NCBI GenBank assembly: GCA_035546035.1
Contig: DASZXC010000008.1
Location: 188,265 to 252,264 of the forward strand
Direction of reading: 5' to 3'
DNA: 64,000 nucleotides
From: Minisyncoccota bacterium
Lineage (GTDB): Bacteria; Patescibacteriota; Minisyncoccia; Phycocordibacterales; UBA6065
The notes under the pieces are model-generated. The model did not search any database and had not been told where the DNA came from. It worked only from the letters and a program-made list of their open reading frames with translations. The position numbers were made by a program, and so were the translations under genes. Positions 27,235 to 36,134 of the stretch are shown here, piece by piece; positions within the stretch are counted from its first letter, which is position 1; each line of letters begins with the position of its first letter.

Positions 27235-27950
27235 ACGGTAGTGTGACGCGGTACGTTTTCACACCAGAAGAGATAGCAGAAATCGGGCAAAGGTATGGCC
27301 TTGAGCTCATCACACCAAGTGTTTGGAAAGGAACGCTCAACATCTATGCCTCGTATAACGGCCTGCCGCTGAAGGATAAGTTCGAGATAAAAATCGGGAT
27401 ACCTTTTAACTATCCGAATTCGACTCCAGTTATGTCGGAAGTGGGAGGCCGTACTGCGACCATAATTAAAAAGTATAAGATCAAGGATCCGCGCGATCTC
27501 CACTTCAACATCGGTAGCGAGACGGCCTGTCTCTGTGTGCGCCAAGAGGAAAAGAAAAAGTTTCCGCCAGGCTCGTCACTATCGGTCTTCATAGAGAATC
27601 TCGTGATTCCGTATCTTTACGGCCTGAGTCATTTCGATATGTATCGAAAATGGCCATGGGGAGAAAGGTCGCATGGTGTCCTCGGCATGCTTGAGTTTTA
27701 TGGAGAAAATCCCGACAAACAGACAGAGGAAAGTATGAGGGAAATTACCGCCGCTTTACGACCAGAGAAAAATTGGAAGGAATACGATAAACAGCTACGA
27801 AATCCTCGTCCGCATGGTCGGTGTGTTTGTGGTAAAGATAAATCATTTGAGAAATGTCATTTCGCGGCTTTTCAGGGTGTAGTCTGCTTCAACGAAGACC
27901 TCAAACGTCTAGGCATCACCACCGCAAAACTGTTTCAGTCACGACCCTAA
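27222..27950 (+). CDS. E2 ubiquitin-conjugating-enzyme-like protein (type II-short CBASS Cap2-like, E2 only)
   Basis: UBC-like HPN-type motif HFNIGSETACLCV with a candidate catalytic Cys. Overlaps the CD-NTase gene by 13 nt. Confidence 0.45.
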   Translation: MGVVDGSVTRYVFTPEEIAEIGQRYGLELITPSVWKGTLNIYASYNGLPLKDKFEIKIGIPFNYPNSTPVMSEVGGRTATIIKKYKIKDPRDLHFNIGSETACLCVRQEEKKKFPPGSSLSVFIENLVIPYLYGLSHFDMYRKWPWGERSHGVLGMLEFYGENPDKQTEESMREITAALRPEKNWKEYDKQLRNPRPHGRCVCGKDKSFEKCHFAAFQGVVCFNEDLKRLGITTAKLFQSRP

Positions 27951-28273
27951 CTGCGTTTCGCAATATCTTTCCCAAGCGGCCCCTCGACGAGCTCCTCAAC
28001 CGTTTTCACAAGATCGCTCCACGGCATGATCCCTCGGTACCACATGAGCAGATTGTCCGTCCTGTAGTGGAGTAGGTGCATGAACTTGGCCCACGTGAAG
28101 CCTTGCGCTTTGAGTTTGTCTTTCCACGAGTCCCAAAAGTACTTGGGCATCTGATTCATATGCCACACGACCATCGATTCCCAGTTAACGCCTGGATCCG
28201 CGCCTAATGAAGCGTGAACGGCTTTCATCTGCTGTTTGATGGCCTTGGGTTCGGGGAGGGTAGCTAGTTTCAT
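27947..28273 (-). CDS. hypothetical protein
   Basis: 108-aa Trp-rich ORF converging on the CBASS operon. Confidence 0.3.
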   Translation of the reverse strand: MKLATLPEPKAIKQQMKAVHASLGADPGVNWESMVVWHMNQMPKYFWDSWKDKLKAQGFTWAKFMHLLHYRTDNLLMWYRGIMPWSDLVKTVEELVEGPLGKDIAKRS

Positions 28274-28543
28274 ACCCCTAATATATACCCTATGATAAAG
28301 CTGTCAACAGAGCCAATGTTACAGTCCAAAAAGGCCTTTATGCTGTAACATTTGTAACATTCCTGTGAATGAGACATGATCCGAACTAGCCCTTTCCGTG
28401 TCTCATTTGTCTCATTCACAAAATTCGACCCCGACCCACGTACCTCATTTCCGCCTGCCGAAAAATGCTATTATGCCCTTACGGGGTCTTACCTCATGGG
28501 TACTTAACCCGACTACACCGCATAGTGAATAAGGTATCGGACA

Positions 28544-28559
28544 AACCCACGTACCTAAA
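28544..28559 (+). repeat. 16-bp direct repeat AACCCACGTACCTAAA (left copy; right copy at 35374..35389)
   Basis: Exact 16-bp match. The two copies bracket the second serine-recombinase module. Confidence 0.5.
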
Positions 28560-28570
28560 ATTAGGCAAAC

Positions 28571-28596
28571 AAAAAATCCCAAATATGGGATTTTTT
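28571..28596. terminator. bidirectional terminator AAAAAATCCCAaataTGGGATTTTTT
   Basis: Stem flanked by an A-run and a T-run, immediately after the stop of recombinase 2. Confidence 0.55.
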
Positions 28597-28597
28597 G

Positions 28598-29923
28598 TTA
28601 CTGAGCGAGAGCCAGGGTTTTGTCTTTGTAAATTATTCTCGACTTCAAGCTACCCAATAATTCTCGTTTCTCTATAATCGAACCCTCTTTCAGAATATAT
28701 TTTGCATAATTTTTAATATCAGTCTCGGTATTATTTTTGACTTTATCTTGGCTTCCTAAGACCGATCTTTGGAAGATGTTGAATCGGCTGATTTCTTCCT
28801 CGAGTTTTCGTCTCATACCAAGTTCGTTTATATCAAGAAGATCTATTATCTTCAGGAGCCCGGAAATTAGCTCCTCCTCTCGTATATAAGTATTCTTGCA
28901 ATTGCGATCTCGCGCTCTGCTGCAACCATAGTAGACATAGCGATGAGAACCGCCATTTTTACGCTCCTTCCATTTCTCTTCGGCAGACACTCCTGAACCG
29001 CAATGACCGCAGCTGAATAATTTTGTGAAAGCGAACTCTTTGTTTTCACGGACAATCTTATCTCTGGTCAGCTGAGCCTGCGCTTTATCGAAGAGCTCTT
29101 TTGATATCAGGGGAGCGTGTTTGCCCGTATACCAATTGCCGCTGTTCTTCGGACGCTCGAAGACTCCGTAATAGAAAGGGTTGTCGAGTGTGCGATAGAT
29201 GCCGCTCAGGGTGAACGGCTTGTTGCCTCGGGTGTGGAAGTTTAATTCAAATTTCAGCCAGTTGTAGAGCTTCATCCCGCTCCAGTTTTCATACGCGACT
29301 TTTTCGAACATCTGTTTGATGATTGGCGCTCTGATCGGATCAGGTACAACCTGACACTTTTTATCCATCATGTACTGGTTGAGATATCCGAGGGGAGCTA
29401 AGCCTGCCCATAATCCCATCTCCGCTCGAGTTCTGAGTCCGCGCTTCACATTCAGACCTCGATTATCGTTCTCAAGCTTTGCCTGTGATCCCAAGATCAT
29501 GAGGAGGAATTTGTCACTCGGACTATTCGTGAATCGTTGCCCGAACGTTTGGATTTCTTTGAGTTTTCCTGAATCGAGGAGATCGACAACCTTTCCCAGG
29601 TCTCCTGCGTTCCTCGAGATTCGATCTGGAGCCCATGTCAGGATGCTGTTGAATTTCCCTTTACCGATATCATCGATAATCTCATTGAAGATCGGCCGTT
29701 GACCTGTCTCTTTGGCGGAATGCGACTCACGCTTTATTTCTACGACTTCGAGATTATCGCGCGAGGCGAGCTCCAGCATCTCTTTAATCTGCGAATCTAT
29801 GGAAAGCACCTGTCTTTCCTCGGATTCGGTGCTTTTACGCGCGTAAAGGCAGTATTTTGCCTTTATAGGGGCTTGTAAGGGCTTGATAATGACTCCGGCT
29901 GGGGCTTGGGCTATATTGCTCAT
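28598..29923 (-). CDS. large serine recombinase (second copy)
   Basis: YCLYARKSTESEERQVLSIDSQ and a zinc ribbon CGHCGSG...YYGCSRARDRNCKN. About 75% aa identity to 9711..11042. Confidence 0.85.
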   Translation of the reverse strand: MSNIAQAPAGVIIKPLQAPIKAKYCLYARKSTESEERQVLSIDSQIKEMLELASRDNLEVVEIKRESHSAKETGQRPIFNEIIDDIGKGKFNSILTWAPDRISRNAGDLGKVVDLLDSGKLKEIQTFGQRFTNSPSDKFLLMILGSQAKLENDNRGLNVKRGLRTRAEMGLWAGLAPLGYLNQYMMDKKCQVVPDPIRAPIIKQMFEKVAYENWSGMKLYNWLKFELNFHTRGNKPFTLSGIYRTLDNPFYYGVFERPKNSGNWYTGKHAPLISKELFDKAQAQLTRDKIVRENKEFAFTKLFSCGHCGSGVSAEEKWKERKNGGSHRYVYYGCSRARDRNCKNTYIREEELISGLLKIIDLLDINELGMRRKLEEEISRFNIFQRSVLGSQDKVKNNTETDIKNYAKYILKEGSIIEKRELLGSLKSRIIYKDKTLALAQ

Positions 29924-30156
29924 ATAGCAATCAATGCCGCATCCCGCCCAAAGAGGCTAGTTGGTAACTAATTCCGAGAGATGTTTAATCTTTTGTTAAG
30001 ATTGCTACGCAAAAACATGAAAGAAGAGTGGTATACAAATCATATAAAACAGATCAGGGTAATCGCGGACGCTCGTTATACTCCTGAGTTAAACGTAGAT
30101 CTTCCAATCTCTGATAGATATTCAACAGGGTTACAGAGATTGGTTACGACCCAAAA

Positions 30157-31257
30157 TTGCATGGTGAATTCGATTCCAATGTAAATTATTACGATAGAAG
30201 TGGTAGATCGGAACATAAGGCAGAGAGAATAGGTAAAAAATATCAGTGGATCGCCTATCATGAGTTTATGGCGCTTGTGTCTGACCATTTTGAGTTCAGT
30301 GGCAGACGCTGGGGAGCAACCTCTGAACACTACAAAGGTCCGTGGACGCCTCGGATAAGAGATATTGATCCTTCTTTCATCATGCAAAATGATCGAACTA
30401 ATCAGAAAGTTGCAACGTTTGAAAATTGGAAGAGCAAATCTGGCAAGTACAATGCTTGGAATTTGTCACTAGACGACAAAAGTTGGTTGGAGGTAAAAGA
30501 TGATCTACTCGATCCTAAAAATATAATAGAAATCGCAGATGATGCGGGTAATAAGTGGCTAACTCTACAAGGAATATTCGTTTGGCAGGCAGAAACTGCT
30601 CCGGAGCATAAAAAATACGATATACCGACGCGAGAGGTCTTCTATATCCTCAAAAGTTTCATTATCAGAAAAAGTGACTATGAAAAAACACTATCCTGGC
30701 TTAATGCCAAGGGCTTCGGCAACTGGTTGCCAGAGTCTCACCAGTTCTACGAGACATTTATTGGTGAATACCCTAATTCTTTTGCCTTCGATGATTTAAG
30801 AGGCGACTATAATATTTGGAGGAAAGCAAATGATAAGCTTGATGTACCGCTCGTCGTTACTGACGATGCTTATCTAAATGAATTCACGCTCGACTGTTCG
30901 CATGAAGGGGCTGTATCTGTAAGAATGCCCTCAAAGTTTATAGTAAATGAGATGCAATTGGTGCAGAAAAATCTCGACGGTATTTTTTCTGACAAAGATA
31001 ATAAGATCATTTCCTATACGACTAACGTTTTCAAGGAATCTTTTCCGTCTGCGCTTCTAATAGATAAAAAGGCGCTCTTAAAGTTTCTTGATGATGCCGG
31101 ATACAAAATATTTTGGACGCTTCTCGGAGAAAAACAGATAATAGGAGGATCGTTAGCGGGAAGAGATTTCAAAGGGAGGTTAGATATTACGGGTACGTAT
31201 GGTTTTCCTGACGACTCCAAATTAAAAGGATCAATGGATACTAGATTTACCTCTTAA
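30157..31257 (+). CDS. hypothetical protein encoded in a low-GC segment (possibly the frameshifted C-terminal part of a larger gene)
   Basis: 366-aa ORF. A 67-aa ORF (29981..30184) overlaps its 5' end in another frame. GC is visibly lower than the surroundings. Confidence 0.35.
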   Translation: MHGEFDSNVNYYDRSGRSEHKAERIGKKYQWIAYHEFMALVSDHFEFSGRRWGATSEHYKGPWTPRIRDIDPSFIMQNDRTNQKVATFENWKSKSGKYNAWNLSLDDKSWLEVKDDLLDPKNIIEIADDAGNKWLTLQGIFVWQAETAPEHKKYDIPTREVFYILKSFIIRKSDYEKTLSWLNAKGFGNWLPESHQFYETFIGEYPNSFAFDDLRGDYNIWRKANDKLDVPLVVTDDAYLNEFTLDCSHEGAVSVRMPSKFIVNEMQLVQKNLDGIFSDKDNKIISYTTNVFKESFPSALLIDKKALLKFLDDAGYKIFWTLLGEKQIIGGSLAGRDFKGRLDITGTYGFPDDSKLKGSMDTRFTS

Positions 31258-31388
31258 ACACTAAGTCTTTGGAGGTATTACACAATCTTTTGTATCTAAG
31301 CTAAGGTACTGACTGGTATCTCTTTTTGGGATATCATGTAGTTACAACTGAATAAAAAAGTAGCCTAAACCCTCGAGAAATCGGCGGC

Positions 31389-31946
31389 ATGGCGAAGGAA
31401 ATCCGATTAAGTATAAAAAGGCCCCCATCAGGGCTACTTAATCGGTCATATCAGGAAACTGGTATGGATAGCCTTCGGGCTATCACCTGGTGTGGGGCTT
31501 TTTGTATTCAAAGAGCCTTCCGGGATTACCAGTTAGCAGGCTCTTATATGTTTTTCTTTATTTGGTTAGGGTTGTCTATGTTGGTGGGCGCGTATGCGAG
31601 CAACAGAAAAACTGCGGGAGGATTCTTCCTTGGATTTTTTGTCTCCATGGTTTTTTCTCCTCTTGTTGGTTTTGTGGCGGTAGCAGTCTCTAAGCCTAGT
31701 CAGAGCAGGGTCGAGGCGGGAATGAAGAAATGTATCCATTGCGCCGAGCTTGTTAAGAAGGAGGCGATCAAGTGCAGGTACTGCGGGGCGGATCTTCCAG
31801 TTCAAGAGGAATCTAAGGAGATTGTTGAACCTAAGACAGAGAAGAGTCCGGAGGAGAAGAAATCAGATAGAATCGCGGCCATTTCAGTGACGGGGTTTAT
31901 ACTGGTTCTTATTCTCATCTTCTATCTTCTGACGAAGTTCCGCTAG
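31389..31946 (+). CDS. hypothetical membrane protein with a zinc-ribbon (CxxC...CxxC)
   Basis: TM helices plus CIHCAELVKKEAIKCRYCG, and a C-terminal TM anchor. Confidence 0.35.
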   Translation: MAKEIRLSIKRPPSGLLNRSYQETGMDSLRAITWCGAFCIQRAFRDYQLAGSYMFFFIWLGLSMLVGAYASNRKTAGGFFLGFFVSMVFSPLVGFVAVAVSKPSQSRVEAGMKKCIHCAELVKKEAIKCRYCGADLPVQEESKEIVEPKTEKSPEEKKSDRIAAISVTGFILVLILIFYLLTKFR

Positions 31947-32603
31947 CTTGGCGTCTCGGTAGGGTTTGCTCGCAATGAGTTCTTGAAGATCCTTCTCTCG
32001 CTGTTCCATAAGAGCCTTCTGGATATTCAGTGAGAGGGTGTTTATATCTACATGACCTTGCATTGCATTGTGGAAGTCGAGCTTCTCTAGTAATTCTTTC
32101 TCACGAGGTGTTGTCCCATAGTCATTCGGCATGTATTTCTGCATGAACCATCGGGTTATCATCTTGTCGCCCTCGATCAGAAAGTTACGTACGTTCTCGG
32201 TTGCTATCGTAGTGGTTTCTTTTGCGGGATCTACTGTTTGATGGGGTTTTACTTCTTTCGCCTTCATATATCTTGGGTCGTTATGACTGAGCCAGAACGA
32301 TATGGCGGGCATCTTTCTCTCTCGGATAAGGGAGATGATTTGCGACTCGCACATATCGTTCATGAAGCGTCGGCTGTATTCGCCAGCCTCATCTGCCATC
32401 TTCTTGAACCTCTTGTCGGAGTGATACCAACGGTAAAAGGTCGCACGGGATATACCCGCTTTCTTGCACGCGACCTCTATTACGGGTGTCTCGCGGAGCT
32501 TCTCGAGAAGGAAAGTCTTCTCTTTTCTCTGGCGAGCCGCGATAGAGGCTCTGCGATGCTTTATTGAATCTTCGTGGCCTTGAGTCCCGTTAGATTCTCC
32601 CAT
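31884..32603 (-). CDS. terminase small subunit-like HTH protein (paralog of 21066..21572)
   Basis: HTH PVIEVACKKAGISRATFYRWYHSDKRF. Confidence 0.45.
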   Translation of the reverse strand: MGESNGTQGHEDSIKHRRASIAARQRKEKTFLLEKLRETPVIEVACKKAGISRATFYRWYHSDKRFKKMADEAGEYSRRFMNDMCESQIISLIRERKMPAISFWLSHNDPRYMKAKEVKPHQTVDPAKETTTIATENVRNFLIEGDKMITRWFMQKYMPNDYGTTPREKELLEKLDFHNAMQGHVDINTLSLNIQKALMEQREKDLQELIASKPYRDAKLAELRQKIEDENKNQYKPRH

Positions 32604-33895
32604 CGTTTTTTAATTACTTCTGCGTAGACGGGCGACTTTTCCATGAGGAAGCATCGGCGCTTGAGTCGTGTCGAGGCTATAAGCGTCGATCCGCTTCCTC
32701 CGAAGGGCTCGAGGACGAGCTGGCCACGCTTCGTGAGAACTTTGATGTACGGGATCAGTATCTCGACAGGCTTCGTGCCGAAGATGATGCTCTGGCCGGA
32801 CGATTTCTCGTCCGAAGCAACGCATTCGATGAAGTCGGTCGGGCAGTACTTGTTGCCTTTACCGTACGCCTCCCATTGAGGCTTGCCTTGGATGGCGAAG
32901 AGGGCGGTCTGATACTCGTTCTCGAGAAGCGAATCGTCCTCTGGCTCGAGATTGAGTCCAGAATGCTCCTCGCTCGTCCCGACCATGGCTATGTCGTGCT
33001 TGGAGAAGAACTTGAGCTTGCCCGCATAGCCCTGATTCCTGTTGGGGAGGTGCCAGACGAGCATGTTCCTGACCTTCCAATGCTTGGCTAGCTCGGACCA
33101 TATGACGGGAATGTTCTTCCAGTTCTCGTAGACGATGATCGAGAAGTTCTCGGCCTGTACTTTAGCGACGTTTCCCATCCAGAGCTCGGTGAAATCGTCG
33201 GGAATGGACTCGGTCTCGAGGTACCTACGGTTCTTCTTGGTTCCGAAGCCCGTTGTGGCCTCGCCGTTCTTTCCTTTGCCGTGCAGGTAGTCGAGGATGT
33301 ACGGTGGATCGGTCATGACCATGTCTATCTTCTCGTCTCCGCAGAGCTTCAGCATGTCGGCCTCGATAGTCGAGTCGCCGCACATAAGCTTTGAGCCGTC
33401 CAGATCGTAGACGTCGCCCTTCTTTATCTCGATGTTGTTTATATCGAGCTTCTCCAGCTCCTTCTGTAGGTCGAAGATCTCTTCTTTCTCGTCCTCACCG
33501 AAGATATTGTCGATCTCCTCTGACGAGAAGCCGACGTCTTGAAGGAAGATCTCGTCGAAATGCTCTTGAAGGAGTTCGAAGTCGAATTCGCCGACAGCTT
33601 TGTTCAAGCGGAGGGAGATCTCTCGCTCCTTGTCGAGATCGGTAATGTTAACGGAGACGACGGGGACGGTCTCAAAGCCCAGCTCCTTCATCATCTCCCA
33701 TTTGAATACGCCGCCAAGGATGACGTTCTCTCGGCTTGGGGCATTGTTGCAGAGCAGTGGATTGAGGCATCCGAACTTCCTCAGCGACTCCTTGAGCTGT
33801 TCGGCTACCTCGGTCGAATGCTTGCGGACGTAATACTCAGGCACTTTCAAGACGCTCGATGGAACATGGTCTACCTTCATGGTTTCTATAGACAT
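32561..33895 (-). CDS. ParB-like nuclease domain fused to a DNA methyltransferase (second copy)
   Basis: ParB-like N-terminus, then MVMTDPPYILDY and a C-terminal EPFGGSGSTLIAS. Confidence 0.75.
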   Translation of the reverse strand: MSIETMKVDHVPSSVLKVPEYYVRKHSTEVAEQLKESLRKFGCLNPLLCNNAPSRENVILGGVFKWEMMKELGFETVPVVSVNITDLDKEREISLRLNKAVGEFDFELLQEHFDEIFLQDVGFSSEEIDNIFGEDEKEEIFDLQKELEKLDINNIEIKKGDVYDLDGSKLMCGDSTIEADMLKLCGDEKIDMVMTDPPYILDYLHGKGKNGEATTGFGTKKNRRYLETESIPDDFTELWMGNVAKVQAENFSIIVYENWKNIPVIWSELAKHWKVRNMLVWHLPNRNQGYAGKLKFFSKHDIAMVGTSEEHSGLNLEPEDDSLLENEYQTALFAIQGKPQWEAYGKGNKYCPTDFIECVASDEKSSGQSIIFGTKPVEILIPYIKVLTKRGQLVLEPFGGSGSTLIASTRLKRRCFLMEKSPVYAEVIKKRWENLTGLKATKIQ

Positions 33896-34085
33896 ATTTT
33901 TACTGGCTTAACCGACGTGATAAGAGGTCATATGTGTTTGATGAATCCTTTTACAATTTAGGTGGTACAGCTAAGGTGAGACCCCTCTCGATTTCGGCGT
34001 ATGCGCATATGCCGATCCTTAACCTCGCATATTAAGTATAGCGGGGAGGGGTCGAATTTGTTCTTTCCCTCGGAAGGAGTAGAGT

Positions 34086-34535
34086 GTGTGGGCAAATAAG
34101 GCCCATGGCACCTACGTGTGTCTCATTTGTCTCATTTACCATCCCGTGAACGCAACCAGCACTGATTTCGCAAAGACTTTTCCAAGAGACGTCGCCAAAA
34201 TGATGATCGATGCTTTTGCGTCGGGTACTAAAATGGCCGCCGAGATGATCTGGGGAGTGGTACGTGAACTTCTTGCTCAACACTGGCTCGCTGTAATCGG
34301 TATCGTTCTCTTGATTTTGTTCATGGCTTTTGCTGAATACCTCTTCACAGGCCGCTGGAAGATGCTTGGTCAGGTCCTCTATAGGATTATCAACTGGGGA
34401 TCGTTGCTAGCCATAGTATCTATATTCGGTCTCGGCATATTCACGAGCGATTGGGCCGATATCTATCTCGCTCTCGTGGGTATAGCTAGCTATTTATTCG
34501 TGGGGTGGCTGTTGCGCCGCGTTGGTATTCGATAA
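34086..34535 (+). CDS. hypothetical membrane protein
   Basis: Three or four TM helices. The start is uncertain. Confidence 0.3.
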   Translation: MWANKAHGTYVCLICLIYHPVNATSTDFAKTFPRDVAKMMIDAFASGTKMAAEMIWGVVRELLAQHWLAVIGIVLLILFMAFAEYLFTGRWKMLGQVLYRIINWGSLLAIVSIFGLGIFTSDWADIYLALVGIASYLFVGWLLRRVGIR

Positions 34536-35388
34536 ATTTATGCCTCCAGAAAAACCCAAACGCAAAAGCCTCATAACCCAGTTCTACGTTCAGGCGAACG
34601 ACAGGACTTTTCACCAGCTCGTGAAGCTCATGGTCGATTTGGTCGACGGCGAGATGAACGAGATCAAGCTTATTTTAAAATATTCAGGCCTGAAGTATGG
34701 CCCGAGTCCGATGGTTGATACCGTTACCGGAAAGAAGTTTGGGCAAGATGGGCCAAGAATGCCTCTTCAAGGGGATCAGATCGAGATCTCATATCACAAA
34801 GATGGGGCTATTACATACAAAGACCCCGCGAAACAGGATGGTCATAAGCACATAAGCAAGCGCGCCTACATTCGACCTTTCAAAAAGATTAAGGAGCCGC
34901 AGATGTTTTTTAGTATCACAGGCTGGCAAATAAATTATCCGCCCGCTAAGGTACCGAAGCCTGGTAATGGGCGTGAAGAGATTGTGTTTGGACTCGGCCC
35001 TTCCTTTGCGCCAAGCGATAACATCAACTGTGTGATCTACATATCTAATGGATATGCGGCCTTCAATATCCCTGAGTGGAACGCTCATTTGTTTCCTGAT
35101 GCGCCAGAACATATTCAATTTCCGGTTGAGGGAACTAATTTGATCCTGACCTTCTTTTTCTGGAGGTTCCAAGGAAATTCGACAGAGGCCACATTCTCTA
35201 TTCGTACCGATACTTGGAAGGATAGGCTGAAGCGTCTTTATTTTGGGATTAAGCTGGGCCGCGCCTACCCGATGTTTCGAGATACGCTCATCAAGCTTCG
35301 CTACAAGATAGTTCCCAAAAAGATTCCGCCTGGCACCGTGCACCAATCTCAGGAATATAAACCACAGGACCCCAACCCACGTACCTAA
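34522..35388 (+). CDS. hypothetical protein (its stop codon lies inside the right-hand 16-bp direct repeat)
   Basis: 288-aa ORF with no motif recognised. Confidence 0.35.
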   Translation: MVFDKFMPPEKPKRKSLITQFYVQANDRTFHQLVKLMVDLVDGEMNEIKLILKYSGLKYGPSPMVDTVTGKKFGQDGPRMPLQGDQIEISYHKDGAITYKDPAKQDGHKHISKRAYIRPFKKIKEPQMFFSITGWQINYPPAKVPKPGNGREEIVFGLGPSFAPSDNINCVIYISNGYAAFNIPEWNAHLFPDAPEHIQFPVEGTNLILTFFFWRFQGNSTEATFSIRTDTWKDRLKRLYFGIKLGRAYPMFRDTLIKLRYKIVPKKIPPGTVHQSQEYKPQDPNPRT

Positions 35389-35389
35389 A
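35374..35389 (+). repeat. 16-bp direct repeat AACCCACGTACCTAAA (right copy)
   Basis: Identical to 28544..28559. Confidence 0.5.
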
Positions 35390-35558
35390 TTGCAGAGGCG
35401 AAATGGTGCTAAAATACCCTTACAACGGTTGGGCCTACATTTACTTAACCCGCCATCACCGCAACAAGGAAGATATCCGATGAGTCCCTCATGTCGAAAA
35501 TGGCATTCGCTGTAAAGAAAAAACACCGCGTAAGCGGTGTTTCGCCTTTAAAAAAGAC

Positions 35559-35975
35559 TTACGTCACTTTATCGAGGTCTTGCGTCCTGATCTTCTCGAC
35601 ATGGTGGGACGGGAGCGCGATCCTGTCGACTATATCCGAATCGTTGTCTTGCCGCGCATCCTCGAGTACGATAAATCTTTCGCCATTATCGGGATCTGTC
35701 ACGAGCCTTCCTTCCCAGACTTCGCCGTCGATGAGGTCGACACGTACCGTCTTGCCGACAAGCGCGCAAAGATTCTCTTCGCTGCCCGTTTCCTTTTCTT
35801 TGTCTTTCTTGCCGGGACTCGCCGCATGGAACATTATCGAGCTTCCGATGATGCCAATGAGGACGACTAGCAAGGCCGCGACATATTTCCAATTGACGCC
35901 GATAATCAACAAAGCTCCGCAAATCGAAGCCAGGAGAATGGCGATTCCAATAGATTTGAGCAGTTTGTTTTTCAT
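35559..35975 (-). CDS. hypothetical membrane-anchored protein
   Basis: Two N-terminal TM helices and a C-terminal soluble domain. A hairpin plus T-tract terminator at 35516-35545 follows the gene. Confidence 0.4.
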   Translation of the reverse strand: MKNKLLKSIGIAILLASICGALLIIGVNWKYVAALLVVLIGIIGSSIMFHAASPGKKDKEKETGSEENLCALVGKTVRVDLIDGEVWEGRLVTDPDNGERFIVLEDARQDNDSDIVDRIALPSHHVEKIRTQDLDKVT

Positions 35976-36134
35976 AAGATCGATCTAAAGAAAGATTAGC
36001 ACTGCATAGTGCAAAGTCAAAAACAGCTTAAGGGTCGCTTTTAAACTTAGATGAGAAAGGAGGGCTGCGTGATCGGCTAGTTGTATAAAAAAGCCCGAGA
36101 AGAACTCGGGCTCTGAGAAAGAACTATGAATGGC

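Noticed and set aside
28465-28677. 70-aa plus-strand ORF
   Set aside because: It spans the att-like repeat, the integrase terminator hairpin and the integrase 3' end. It is spurious.
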